64,000 nucleotides of DNA from Candidatus Latescibacterota bacterium (lineage in GTDB: Bacteria > Latescibacterota > UBA2968 > UBA8231), in the NCBI GenBank assembly GCA_965197905.1, contig CBDAOB010000004.1, positions 1,088,001-1,152,000 on the forward strand, written 5' to 3'. Positions within the stretch are counted from its first letter, which is position 1. Each line of letters begins with the position of its first letter. Below, piece by piece: positions 9,782 to 18,772 of the stretch. Position numbers and translations under genes: made by a program. The notes under the pieces were generated by a model. The model worked only from the letters and a program-made list of their open reading frames with translations, was not told the DNA's origin and made no database searches.

Positions 9782-11035
9782 ATGCTTGAAGAATACACTG
9801 ACCTGAGTGCAAACGCGTCGTCTGACCGGCGCCCCCTTTCGGTCTCCGACCTAACCTTACAGGTCAAGGATGTCCTCGAGGATGCTCTGCCACCGTGTTG
9901 GGTGATGGGAGAGGTGTCCGAGTTTACCCACCATAGCTCGGGACATCGCTACTTCACCCTGGTTGACGATTTCTCGCAGCTGAGTTGCGTCATGTTCAAG
10001 TGGCAAGGACGCGGCGTCCGCTTCGTTCCCGAACGCGGCATGCAGATTCTCGTTCAAGGGCATATATCGGTCTACGAGCGGGGCGGCAGATACCAGTTTT
10101 ACGTAACCCGGTTGCAGCCGGCGGGCGTGGGCGAACTCGCCCTGGCGTTCGAGCAGATGAAGAACCGTTTGGAGGATGAGGGGCTCTTCGATGCCGAGCG
10201 CAAGCGGCCCTTACCCCCCTTTCCCCGATCCGTCGGTGTGGTTACCTCGGCTTCGGGGGCAGCCATACGAGACATCCATCAGGTTCTGGCTCGGCGCGCA
10301 CCCGGCTTGCAAATCGTCTTGGCGCCGGCGCGGGTCCAGGGACCGGGCGCCGCCGAGGAGATAACGCAGGCAATCCGGGATCTGAATCGCCACGGAGGGG
10401 TGGATATCTTGATCGTGGGGCGGGGCGGAGGCTCGCCGGAAGATCTGTGGTGTTTTAACGAGGAGATGGTTGCCCGTGCGATCTATCAATCCGCGATACC
10501 AGTCATTTCGGCAGTCGGCCACGAGATAGACTACACCATATCCGACTACGTGGCGGACTACCGCGCTGCCACCCCTTCGGCCGCCGCGGAGATAGTCGCG
10601 GTCGAGCAAGCAGCGTTGACCCGGCGGGTCATCGAGCTGCGCCGGCGACTGCGTAAAACTATGCAGACGTTGCTGGAAACAGTGACTCAGCGCATCCAGA
10701 GCATGCGGCCGGAACGTTTATACTTGCGACTGCGCGATCGACTGCAGCAAGGCAGCCTGGTGGTCGACGACCGACGACAGGCTTTGTTAAATGCGTTTGA
10801 CTGGTACGCACGCAGCAAAGTCGACACGCTGCGCAGCGCCATGGTTCGCCTCCACGATCTGAGTCCCCTCAGCGGGCTCAGGAGAGGATATTCGCTGTGC
10901 CATGGCGGAGATGGGAAACTGGTGCGCGACAGTGCCCAGCTTCAGATAGGCGATAGCATCAATCTGCGATTCCAAAAGGGTGGAGCCCGTTGTTTGGTAG
11001 AGGAGAAGATCGATGACGAAATCGAAAACGTTTGA
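9782..11035 (+). CDS. xseA: Exodeoxyribonuclease VII large subunit
   Basis: SGHRYFTL, GVVTS.SGAAIRDI, GRGGGS.EDLW.FN.E, SAVGHE.D. Confidence 0.97.
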   Translation: MLEEYTDLSANASSDRRPLSVSDLTLQVKDVLEDALPPCWVMGEVSEFTHHSSGHRYFTLVDDFSQLSCVMFKWQGRGVRFVPERGMQILVQGHISVYERGGRYQFYVTRLQPAGVGELALAFEQMKNRLEDEGLFDAERKRPLPPFPRSVGVVTSASGAAIRDIHQVLARRAPGLQIVLAPARVQGPGAAEEITQAIRDLNRHGGVDILIVGRGGGSPEDLWCFNEEMVARAIYQSAIPVISAVGHEIDYTISDYVADYRAATPSAAAEIVAVEQAALTRRVIELRRRLRKTMQTLLETVTQRIQSMRPERLYLRLRDRLQQGSLVVDDRRQALLNAFDWYARSKVDTLRSAMVRLHDLSPLSGLRRGYSLCHGGDGKLVRDSAQLQIGDSINLRFQKGGARCLVEEKIDDEIENV

Positions 11036-11261
11036 GGAAGCGCTCGAACAGTTGGAAGACAGCGTCGAGCGCTTGGAGTCGGGCGACCTAAAACTGGAGG
11101 ATGCCCTGAGTGTATTCGAAGACGGGGTGTCTGCGTCCCGCCTCTGTAGCAAGTTGCTGGACCAGACCCGGAAGCGGGTCCAGGTGCTTGCCGCTGAGGA
11201 AGACGGTGAATTCACCCTGTCGTTTCTCGATGACGAGGAACTGGAAGATGATGAGAAGTAG
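11013..11261 (+). CDS. xseB: Exodeoxyribonuclease VII small subunit
   Basis: TFEEALEQLE..VERLESGDLKLEDAL..FEDG. Confidence 0.95.
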   Translation: MTKSKTFEEALEQLEDSVERLESGDLKLEDALSVFEDGVSASRLCSKLLDQTRKRVQVLAAEEDGEFTLSFLDDEELEDDEK

Positions 11262-11282
11262 CGGCGGTATCGAGCCGACGCG

Positions 11283-12977
11283 ATGCTGACCCGGCTCTTC
11301 ATCAGGGATTTCGCGCTCATTCGCGAGCTGGAAATCCAGTTCTGTGCGGATCTGAACGTGCTCACCGGCGAGACGGGAGCCGGAAAATCGATCATTCTAG
11401 GCGCGCTGAATTCACTCCTGGGCGGCGGCGCCCGGGCGGACATGGTGCGCGACGGCGCCGATCGGTGTTTGGTAGAGGGCCTGTTTGAGTTTCCCGATGC
11501 CAGTCCGGTGTTGGAACGCCTCGCGGAGTCGGGATTCCCGGCGGATGACAACCAACTGGCCTTGCGGCGAGAGATTCTCAGCGGTGGTCGCTCTCGCGCG
11601 TTCTTCAACGGGCTCTCGATCCCGCTGAAGAAGCTGCGGGAAATCGGGTCGACGCTGGTAGACGTCCACGGACAGCACGAGCACCAATCCCTGCTGCGGG
11701 TCGACCGGCACTCTACCTACCTGGACGCGTTCGGTGGTTTGACGCCAAGAGCTGACGCGCTTGGAGACCTGTACCGCGAGTTTGGCTCCACCGAGAGCGC
11801 GCTGCGCGAATTGCATCATCAGAAACGGCGTTATGAGGAGGCGAATGAGCTCAGGGAGTTCCAGCTCGACGAGATACGCGACCTCGATCCCAAAGCGGGA
11901 GAGGATGCAGCGATCGAACAGGAACTCACCGTGCTGGAAAACGGGGAGCGCATCCGTCAGGTCACGAGCCGGCTGGCCGATGCTCTGTATCAAGCCGACG
12001 GATCGGTTGTCGAGCAGATCGGGCGGCTGCGCCGGGAGCTGGACCAGGTCGCGTCTATCGACCGCAACCTCGCCGCGCCGACCGAGCAGATCCAGGGATT
12101 GATCTACGGCATCGAGGAGCTTGCAGCCGATCTTTTGAGCTACTCGGAGAATCTGGACAGCGACCCCGAGCGCATTGCCCAACTGCGGGATCGACTCGAT
12201 GCCGTGCGTCAGCTAGTCAGCAAGTACGGCGGATCTCTGGATCGTCTGATTGCGTTCGCGGCAGAGCTGGAAACGGGGGAGGCCAAATCGGAAGCGCTGG
12301 ACGAAGAGATAACCGCCGCCGCTGCGGAGCGAGATCGATCGGCATCACAGTACGCAACCGCCTGTCTTGATCTGTCCGCAGCTCGCTCGCATGCCGCGGG
12401 AGATCTGGTAACGCAGGTGGAAGCCGGCTTGCGCACTCTGGGCGCCCCCAATGCGGTATTCGAGGTGCGGCTGGATACCCGGCCGGACCCCGACGGTCTG
12501 GTAGAAAAAGACGGGGTCAGGGTGCACGCCGACGAGAGTGGCATCGAACGCGTGGAGTTCTTCCTGTCGGCGAATCCGGGAGAAACACCCAAGCCACTGG
12601 CCAACGTCGGATCGGGCGGGGAGCTGTCTCGCATCATGCTCATTCTCAGGGAGCTTATCGCTACCGGGGACGGCGTGTCAACCCTGGTATTCGACGAGAT
12701 CGACACCGGAATCTCGGGCCGCATGGCCGCCGCCGTAGGCAAAAAACTGAAAGCGCTCGCGGCGACCCATCAAGTCGTGGTGATCACTCACCTGCCGCAG
12801 ATAGCGAGTTTGGCGGATCGCCACATGGCGGTGCGCAAGCGACCGGAAGAAGGCCGCATGGTGACTTCGGTCCAGGTCTTGGAAAACGAGGAGCGTACCG
12901 AGGAAATCGCCCAGCTGCTTGCGGGAGAGGAAATATCCGACTCGGCTCGCGAACACGCTCAAAGAATGTTGGGATAA
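11283..12977 (+). CDS. recN: DNA repair protein RecN
   Basis: TGETGAGKS, HGQHEHQSL, SGGELSR, FDEIDTGISG, ITHLPQIA. Confidence 0.97.
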   Translation: MLTRLFIRDFALIRELEIQFCADLNVLTGETGAGKSIILGALNSLLGGGARADMVRDGADRCLVEGLFEFPDASPVLERLAESGFPADDNQLALRREILSGGRSRAFFNGLSIPLKKLREIGSTLVDVHGQHEHQSLLRVDRHSTYLDAFGGLTPRADALGDLYREFGSTESALRELHHQKRRYEEANELREFQLDEIRDLDPKAGEDAAIEQELTVLENGERIRQVTSRLADALYQADGSVVEQIGRLRRELDQVASIDRNLAAPTEQIQGLIYGIEELAADLLSYSENLDSDPERIAQLRDRLDAVRQLVSKYGGSLDRLIAFAAELETGEAKSEALDEEITAAAAERDRSASQYATACLDLSAARSHAAGDLVTQVEAGLRTLGAPNAVFEVRLDTRPDPDGLVEKDGVRVHADESGIERVEFFLSANPGETPKPLANVGSGGELSRIMLILRELIATGDGVSTLVFDEIDTGISGRMAAAVGKKLKALAATHQVVVITHLPQIASLADRHMAVRKRPEEGRMVTSVQVLENEERTEEIAQLLAGEEISDSAREHAQRMLG

Positions 12978-12986
12978 GCGGCCGCC

Positions 12987-13547
12987 GTGTTGGCCAACGC
13001 GCTCAGCCTTCTACGAATCGCCCTCGCACCTCTCATTGTCCATTCCTTGCAGCACCCCCCGGAACAGGCGGTCTGGTGGACGCTCTCACTACTGGCGACC
13101 GCAGCGCTGACGGATCTGGCAGATGGATTCGTTGCCCGCAGATTCAATCAGGTCAGCCGGACCGGTCGGATACTGGACCCCATCGCAGACAAGATCTTCT
13201 TGGTGTCGGTGGGGTTTGCGCTGGTCATTTGGCGCGAATTTCCGACTTGGCTCTTGGTGACCCTTCTGGCGAGAGATCTGGGAATCGTGGTCGCCGGAGC
13301 CTTCCTGCTTGGAAGGCGCGATATTGTGGTTCCTCCCAATCGCATCGGCAAGAATACAACCGTGGTGCTGATGTCGGCCGCCGTGAGTTTTGTTGTCGAC
13401 ACCCCCGAACTGTTGCGGCAGGGGCTGGTTTGGATTTCGGCCGTGTTCCTGCTGCTGTCGAGCGCGAGTTACGTGTTGCTGCTGCGCAACATTCTGCGTG
13501 GAGCGGCCTGTCGGGAAGAGGAAAGCGGCGGGGGAGATCCCGGGTAG
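12987..13547 (+). CDS. CDP-alcohol phosphatidyltransferase (PgsA-like)
   Basis: TDLADGFVARRFNQVS.TGRILDPIADK signature; hydrophobic helices. Confidence 0.9.
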   Translation: MLANALSLLRIALAPLIVHSLQHPPEQAVWWTLSLLATAALTDLADGFVARRFNQVSRTGRILDPIADKIFLVSVGFALVIWREFPTWLLVTLLARDLGIVVAGAFLLGRRDIVVPPNRIGKNTTVVLMSAAVSFVVDTPELLRQGLVWISAVFLLLSSASYVLLLRNILRGAACREEESGGGDPG

Positions 13548-13557
13548 CGGCAGTGCG

Positions 13558-14283
13558 CTAGTCGATGGTGGGTGGGTTTGTTCCGAGTTCCGCCAGCCGT
13601 TCGGCGGCGTATTCCGAGTGGGGAAGATCAGAACCGAATAGATCGATGTAACGCTGCAAAACTTCGGCTTCGCGCTCCTCCTCCTCCAGGCTGCGGTGGG
13701 CCATAGCCAGATTCACATAAAACTCCGGCATCTGCTCGTTCAACCGCACCGCCGTCGACAAAACATCGATCGCCTCTTCGAACTGTTCGCGCTCTTTGTA
13801 GACCTGTCCCAGGTTGTTGTACGCCTCCACCAGCGTCGAATCGCTAGCGATCGCCTTTAGATAGCTCTCCTCCGCTTCATCCAGGCGGCCGGTCACTTTG
13901 TAGATAAAACCGATGTTGTTATGCGCCTTGGCGTCGTTGCTGCGAAAACGCACGGTCTGCAGATAAGAAGCCAGGGCCGCTTCGGCATCGCCGTCCTGAT
14001 ACTGAATCTGCGCCAACTTGAAATGGGCGTCGGGGAACGCATCATGAAGGCGAAGGCTCCGTTGGAAACAGACGCGCGCCGAATCACTCATGTCGAATTT
14101 CAGGTACACTTCGCCAAGTCTGAAGTGGACCAGGGGTGAACCGGGGTGATTCTCCAGCGAGGAATAGAGCGGTTCGATTTCCTCCGCTAGTTGAGCCGTC
14201 ATCGGGTCGACGGGCTGCTCGTCGTCGCCGCAACCGATCAGGCCGACGCCGAAAGACGTTGTCGCGAGCATGGCAAACTTCAC
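13558..14283 (-). CDS. TPR-repeat lipoprotein
   Basis: Probable GTG start overlapping the upstream stop; lipobox LIGC; TPRs AHNNIGFIY, AYNNLGQVY, FYVNLAMAH. Confidence 0.8.
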   Translation of the reverse strand: MKFAMLATTSFGVGLIGCGDDEQPVDPMTAQLAEEIEPLYSSLENHPGSPLVHFRLGEVYLKFDMSDSARVCFQRSLRLHDAFPDAHFKLAQIQYQDGDAEAALASYLQTVRFRSNDAKAHNNIGFIYKVTGRLDEAEESYLKAIASDSTLVEAYNNLGQVYKEREQFEEAIDVLSTAVRLNEQMPEFYVNLAMAHRSLEEEEREAEVLQRYIDLFGSDLPHSEYAAERLAELGTNPPTID

Positions 14284-14858
14284 GAATGCCGGCGCCACAG
14301 GACCCTCGCCGCAAAACGCCAGCCGTACATGGTGGACCTGTCGCGCCTCATCATGGGCCGCTGGAACTCCGTCGCCGTCAACAGGGTTCTCCAGTTCAGA
14401 ACCGTCTTAAACGGAATGGCTGGAGCATCCGCTTGGACAACACCAAACATGTAGCCGCGGCTGATGGGAATCGGTTCGTTCAAGATAACTCTATTAAATC
14501 CGATCTGCTTCGGCAGGACCGTTTCGCTCTCGCCCGCAAGCTCGAGAAACTCGCGAGACGAAACGTATTTGACGATAAGCAGCTTTACCGGGGTTAACCT
14601 ATGCGCGTAAAACTCCCAGGCGAACACCTCACCCTGGCTCGCTTCAGGAGGAAACCGCAAGGTGGTTTCGATGAAGGTGAGTCCCGCGTGGTCAATGAGC
14701 GAATCCGCTGCGGACAGATTCCCCCAGCCGACCGTGTCGACCTGGACGTCCCCTTCCCAAAACCTCTCACCCTCCAGGGCGATCGGTGGGTCGACGGTCT
14801 CGACCTTCTCCGCGGCGCAGCCAACGAAGAATGCAACAAGAATAATGAGGGCGCTCAC
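14280..14858 (-). CDS. Hypothetical lipoprotein
   Basis: Signal MSALIILVAFFVG-C (lipobox); beta-rich body; packed between neighbours with 1-nt gap and 4-nt overlap. Confidence 0.7.
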   Translation of the reverse strand: MSALIILVAFFVGCAAEKVETVDPPIALEGERFWEGDVQVDTVGWGNLSAADSLIDHAGLTFIETTLRFPPEASQGEVFAWEFYAHRLTPVKLLIVKYVSSREFLELAGESETVLPKQIGFNRVILNEPIPISRGYMFGVVQADAPAIPFKTVLNWRTLLTATEFQRPMMRRDRSTMYGWRFAARVLWRRHS

Positions 14859-14859
14859 G

Positions 14860-15057
14860 TTACTTGATCTTTTCAGCTTCTAGGGAGCCATACTGGCGGC
14901 GTGCAGCCACCAGGCTTCGCGAGTGCCATTGGCGCCAGAACCGGCGGAACAGGCGGTCGACTTCGACGAAGTCGACCTCTTCTTCCTTGAATTCCACCTG
15001 CCGGCGTAGGGTGCGGTTTCGATTCGTCCCGTGCGGCAGGCGTATCAGCTTGAGCAT
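14860..15057 (-). CDS. Small basic hypothetical protein, 65 aa, FWRQW motif
   Basis: GAGG upstream of ATG; stop 1 nt from the next gene's start. Confidence 0.6.
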   Translation of the reverse strand: MLKLIRLPHGTNRNRTLRRQVEFKEEEVDFVEVDRLFRRFWRQWHSRSLVAARRQYGSLEAEKIK

Positions 15058-15064
15058 CGACGCC

Positions 15065-15187
15065 TCAGTTGGGATGTATCCAACGGCGCCAGTAGGCGTG
15101 CGCTTCCCGCTGGATGCGCAGCCTCGTGAAGTTGTCCAACATCTCGATAATCTTAAGTCGCAAAGCGAATTTGCGTAGATCGATCAC
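15065..15187 (-). CDS. Micro-protein, 40 aa, MIDLRKFALRLKIIEMLDNFTRLRIQREAHAYWRRWIHPN (not in ORF track)
   Basis: GAGGAG RBS ahead of GTG; fills the gap between the Omp85-like gene and the 65-aa ORF almost exactly. Confidence 0.6.
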   Translation of the reverse strand: MIDLRKFALRLKIIEMLDNFTRLRIQREAHAYWRRWIHPN

Positions 15188-15200
15188 GTGTGGAGTCTCC

Positions 15201-18200
15201 TCAAAGGTTGAAGCCGAAGTAATAGCGATACTTGTCTATCGGACCGTCATCGGCCAATTGATTTCGATCCAGCGGTCGAGCCACCTGGAAGAAGGCATAC
15301 ATGGGTAGGCGATAAAATGTGAACAACTGCATGCGAACCTCACCACCGATATCGCGAATAACATCGTCCCCGTCGAAATCGCCTAACCTGAATTCGGCGA
15401 AATTCCCCACCGCACCCACTTCGGCAAACAGGCGACCGTAGATTTTGGCGAAGGTAAAGTTCAGGAAGCGAAAGTTCAGACGCGACACCAGCGGGAAGGT
15501 GTATTCAAGCTTTCCGTACATCAGCTTCGATCCCGATTGGACGAAATAGGGATACCCGCTCATGAGGTTGAGCCCACCCAAGTAGTAACGCAGGGGCCAA
15601 TAGAAGCGTCCTTCGAACAAACCTCCATCCGGTATGAAACCAGGTTTGAGCTTCAGGTTTCGATACGCTCCCAACATCTGGAACCCAAGGGCGTTTCCGA
15701 ACGGAAGACCAATCCGCTCGCGGTACATGCCTACGTACTCGTTGACGCGGAACCGCTTTTTGGCGGGGCCGAATGCATCCAGCGGAACGCCGTTGGTTGA
15801 GGTCTGCTGGGCAAGTGAATCGGCCACTGTCGGCGCGCTGTAGCGGTAGAGAAAAGAAAACTCCCGTCCCTGCCGATAGAAGGCCTGGTCTGCGGTCGGT
15901 TTGTAATTCTGATACGTCCAGCCGATGGAGATATCGTGGGACGAAAAGAAGTCGAGCCCGTCGTAGAACGCCTGGCTGCTGTTCGGTTCCACCAACAGGG
16001 TGTCCTGGCCCAGCTCGAGATCATCTAGCTCATTGGTTATATCCACGCCATCCTGAACCACGAAGATCTGTTGTTGAACGCGAAACCGACGCAGGTCCCA
16101 GCTCTCGCGATAATCACGGCGGAAGTACTGAAACGACAGTTGCTGGCGACGGGTTAGGGGAACATCGATTCCCAGGGCGATCTGCTCGTAGGTACTCTTG
16201 AACAGATCCTCGCGGCTGTCCAGCTCGTTCACGTACTGCCGCACGTCGGGAATCAGCAGACTTCGAGTCGAATCCACCGGCGTGAATATGGTGGACTCTG
16301 GAATGGTGTCGTTGATCACCGTATCGCCTTTGAGCAGATTGTCGATCTCGAGACGGCGGTACAAGGCGTAAAACGACGGATTGAAGGTGCGGTTGTTGCC
16401 CACCATCGGCCGCAGACTGCGCTGCGTATACAACACCAGGTCGGTGTTGAAATCGGTATCCTCGCGAAGGTTTTTCCCCGCGGTGACCCGCGCCACGAAT
16501 TGCTGACCGCCAAACATCTCGCCGGTGGAAAACCAGGCGCCGCCGCTGACCTGATTGAGTCCGAAGGTATCCCCCACGAAGGTGGGACCCACGTTCAGCA
16601 GGGGAATGAGGCGATAGGTCTTACGTCCTCCATACCTCTGAACCTGGTACTCTTCGGAAAGTTTCGAACCCTGGAAGATCGACTGGAAGTCTCGCTGGGC
16701 GACGAACTCCAACGGTTGCGCCCGCTGGTACTCTCCTAATGCGAATTCGAAGAGATCGTGATTCGAGGCGTGGTACCCTGAGTAAACCACCTTGCCGTCG
16801 GGCGACACCGTCGGCGTAAACGCCCCGCCCAAAACATTGGTCAGCTGCTCCACCTCACCTGTTTCCATGGTGTAGCGATAGATGTTGAAGATCCCGGTTT
16901 GGTCCGATGAGTAGACGAATCCGCTACCGTCGGGCAACCAGCTGGGATCGCGTTCATCGAACTGCGAAGCCACCATGGGCCGAAACCCCGAGGTATCGGG
17001 ATCGGGAAAAGCCAGCGTATCCGGAAATACCTCCAGTGAATCCGAGCGGTCGACCTTGAGGCGATCGCGTTTGGTTTTCTTGTCCGGCTTCGGAGGGCTG
17101 TCAGCCCGTATCATGGCGATGTCGCGATCCTCGCCGCGGAAGATCGAGAACAGGAGCCACTTGCCGTCGGGCGACCACTGCGGACCCCAATACTGGGTTG
17201 CGTCGTTGTTGTTGGTGAGATATTTGAGCCCGCTTCCATCCCTGTTGATCATGCCAAGATTGTTATTGCCGTCTTCGTTGTGCACGAATGCGATCTTCTT
17301 CCCGTCGGGAGAGAAGCGGGGGTCCTTGGCGCGAAGGTTGGCGCTTATGCGGCGCTCTCTCTTCTTCGACAGGTCGTAGATATAGAGATCGTTGAAACCC
17401 CCGTTACTGCGCACGTAAACCAGCTCGTCGCTGTCGGGAGACCAGGAGCTCCGCGTGTGGACCCAATCAGTCGCGAAATCGTTGAACATCCTGTTGCGTT
17501 TGACGGTCTGTTTCTTTCCTGTCTCGATGTCGTAGATCTTCAGGAAGGTGATGGCATAATCCCAATCTTCGCTCGACAGATATGCCAGTTTCTTGCCATC
17601 GGGAGAAAACGATGGGTAGTACTCGCGAATGCCTTCGTTTAGTCGGCGCAGTGCCTTGCCCTCGAAAAAGGTGTTGCCGCGGACCTCTTCAGCCTGTTGG
17701 GTGTAATGCTCCTTCAAGAAGCTCTTCCAATCGTCGTAGAGCTGATCGGCGGAGATGCCGAGCACCGATTCAATCGCCGGATCGAAGCTGAGGTGTCCGG
17801 TGTGGTGGGTGAGCTCTTCGACCTTTTCTGGCCCGTACTGTTCGGCGATATAGGTCAGCAACCCGTACCCCTGGTTGTAGACCATCTCGCCGTAGTTGGC
17901 TCCGGTTCGGTTTTGAACCGTGCCCATCTCTTCGTAGGACAGCAGATCGTCTTCCAGCACGGCCATGCGCAGGGCCATGTCGCGGTGGGTGTCCCATTCG
18001 TCGTAACCCAGCTGCTTGGTTGCGAACTGCGCCACTCCCTCGGACCACCAACGGGGTGCGTTCATGTGGTATAGCGGGAGTGAGAAGCTGATGTCGGGGT
18101 TGGAGTCGAAGCGGGAAACGGATAACAGCGCAAATTGGACCGGCCACTTCTTGCGCGCCATGTTCAAGGTCATGATGTGGGCGAGCTCGTGGGCAAACAC

Positions 18201-18560
18201 GTTCTTGATCCAATCGTGACTACCGCGCAGGTCGTGATCGAGGTGGGTAGCCCAGATATAAATGGTGTTCGAGTAGTAGTCGGCGGCGCCGTTGCCCAGC
18301 ATATCGGAGCTGTCGATCACGATGACGTGAATCGGCGAAAACTCGTCATAGTAGTTGTAGGCGGCGGCAAGAGACGCAAAAACCTCCTCGGAGACGTCTG
18401 CCACTCTGCGCGCCGTCCCGGTGGCACTGCCCATATAGTGAATGCGGAAATGGTCCGTGACGATCGTTTGAATCTGCGCTTCAGTCGACTCGGGCTGGAG
18501 CCACGGCGCAAGAACCAATAGAGCGAGGATTCCGCGCGACCGCATATTGGCGAATTTCAA
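15201..18560 (-). CDS. Outer-membrane protein: gluzincin-like peptidase domain, TolB/PD40 propeller, probable Omp85-like barrel
   Basis: Signal peptide; HELAH plus downstream WWSEGVA; repeats PSFSPDGKK, WSPDS, PRFSPDGK, WSPDGK, PTVSPDGK; amphipathic C-terminal strands ending YRYYFGFNL. Start set at TTG 18560 (AAGGAAG RBS); the track start at 18620 lies in the -35 box. Confidence 0.8.
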   Translation of the reverse strand: MKFANMRSRGILALLVLAPWLQPESTEAQIQTIVTDHFRIHYMGSATGTARRVADVSEEVFASLAAAYNYYDEFSPIHVIVIDSSDMLGNGAADYYSNTIYIWATHLDHDLRGSHDWIKNVFAHELAHIMTLNMARKKWPVQFALLSVSRFDSNPDISFSLPLYHMNAPRWWSEGVAQFATKQLGYDEWDTHRDMALRMAVLEDDLLSYEEMGTVQNRTGANYGEMVYNQGYGLLTYIAEQYGPEKVEELTHHTGHLSFDPAIESVLGISADQLYDDWKSFLKEHYTQQAEEVRGNTFFEGKALRRLNEGIREYYPSFSPDGKKLAYLSSEDWDYAITFLKIYDIETGKKQTVKRNRMFNDFATDWVHTRSSWSPDSDELVYVRSNGGFNDLYIYDLSKKRERRISANLRAKDPRFSPDGKKIAFVHNEDGNNNLGMINRDGSGLKYLTNNNDATQYWGPQWSPDGKWLLFSIFRGEDRDIAMIRADSPPKPDKKTKRDRLKVDRSDSLEVFPDTLAFPDPDTSGFRPMVASQFDERDPSWLPDGSGFVYSSDQTGIFNIYRYTMETGEVEQLTNVLGGAFTPTVSPDGKVVYSGYHASNHDLFEFALGEYQRAQPLEFVAQRDFQSIFQGSKLSEEYQVQRYGGRKTYRLIPLLNVGPTFVGDTFGLNQVSGGAWFSTGEMFGGQQFVARVTAGKNLREDTDFNTDLVLYTQRSLRPMVGNNRTFNPSFYALYRRLEIDNLLKGDTVINDTIPESTIFTPVDSTRSLLIPDVRQYVNELDSREDLFKSTYEQIALGIDVPLTRRQQLSFQYFRRDYRESWDLRRFRVQQQIFVVQDGVDITNELDDLELGQDTLLVEPNSSQAFYDGLDFFSSHDISIGWTYQNYKPTADQAFYRQGREFSFLYRYSAPTVADSLAQQTSTNGVPLDAFGPAKKRFRVNEYVGMYRERIGLPFGNALGFQMLGAYRNLKLKPGFIPDGGLFEGRFYWPLRYYLGGLNLMSGYPYFVQSGSKLMYGKLEYTFPLVSRLNFRFLNFTFAKIYGRLFAEVGAVGNFAEFRLGDFDGDDVIRDIGGEVRMQLFTFYRLPMYAFFQVARPLDRNQLADDGPIDKYRYYFGFNL

Positions 18561-18591
18561 CGGGACTTCCTTTGTTAGGGGTGGGTGTGCA

Positions 18592-18620
18592 AAGATACTT
18601 GGGTGCAAGAGCGGTGTCAA
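18592..18620 (-). promoter_or_regulatory. sigma70-type promoter for the minus-strand operon
   Basis: On the minus strand TTGACA, 17 nt, TATCTT; a second TTGACA lies 24 nt further upstream. Confidence 0.65.
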
Positions 18621-18772
18621 TCAGCTAACTAGTACACCTGTCAATGGGATAGGACGCGCCGGACGGAAATATGTTCCATCGAATTCGCGGCCTTGAGACT
18701 CCCGCCCCCGCGGCCATCTGGTCCGTGGGATTCAGGCTCATCTACGGTTTGACCGCGAGAATCTAGACGTAA

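Noticed and set aside
18665..18760. Imperfect long hairpin upstream of the WecA-like gene
   Set aside because: Short GC-rich stems with many mismatches; no SRP, 6S or riboswitch signature.
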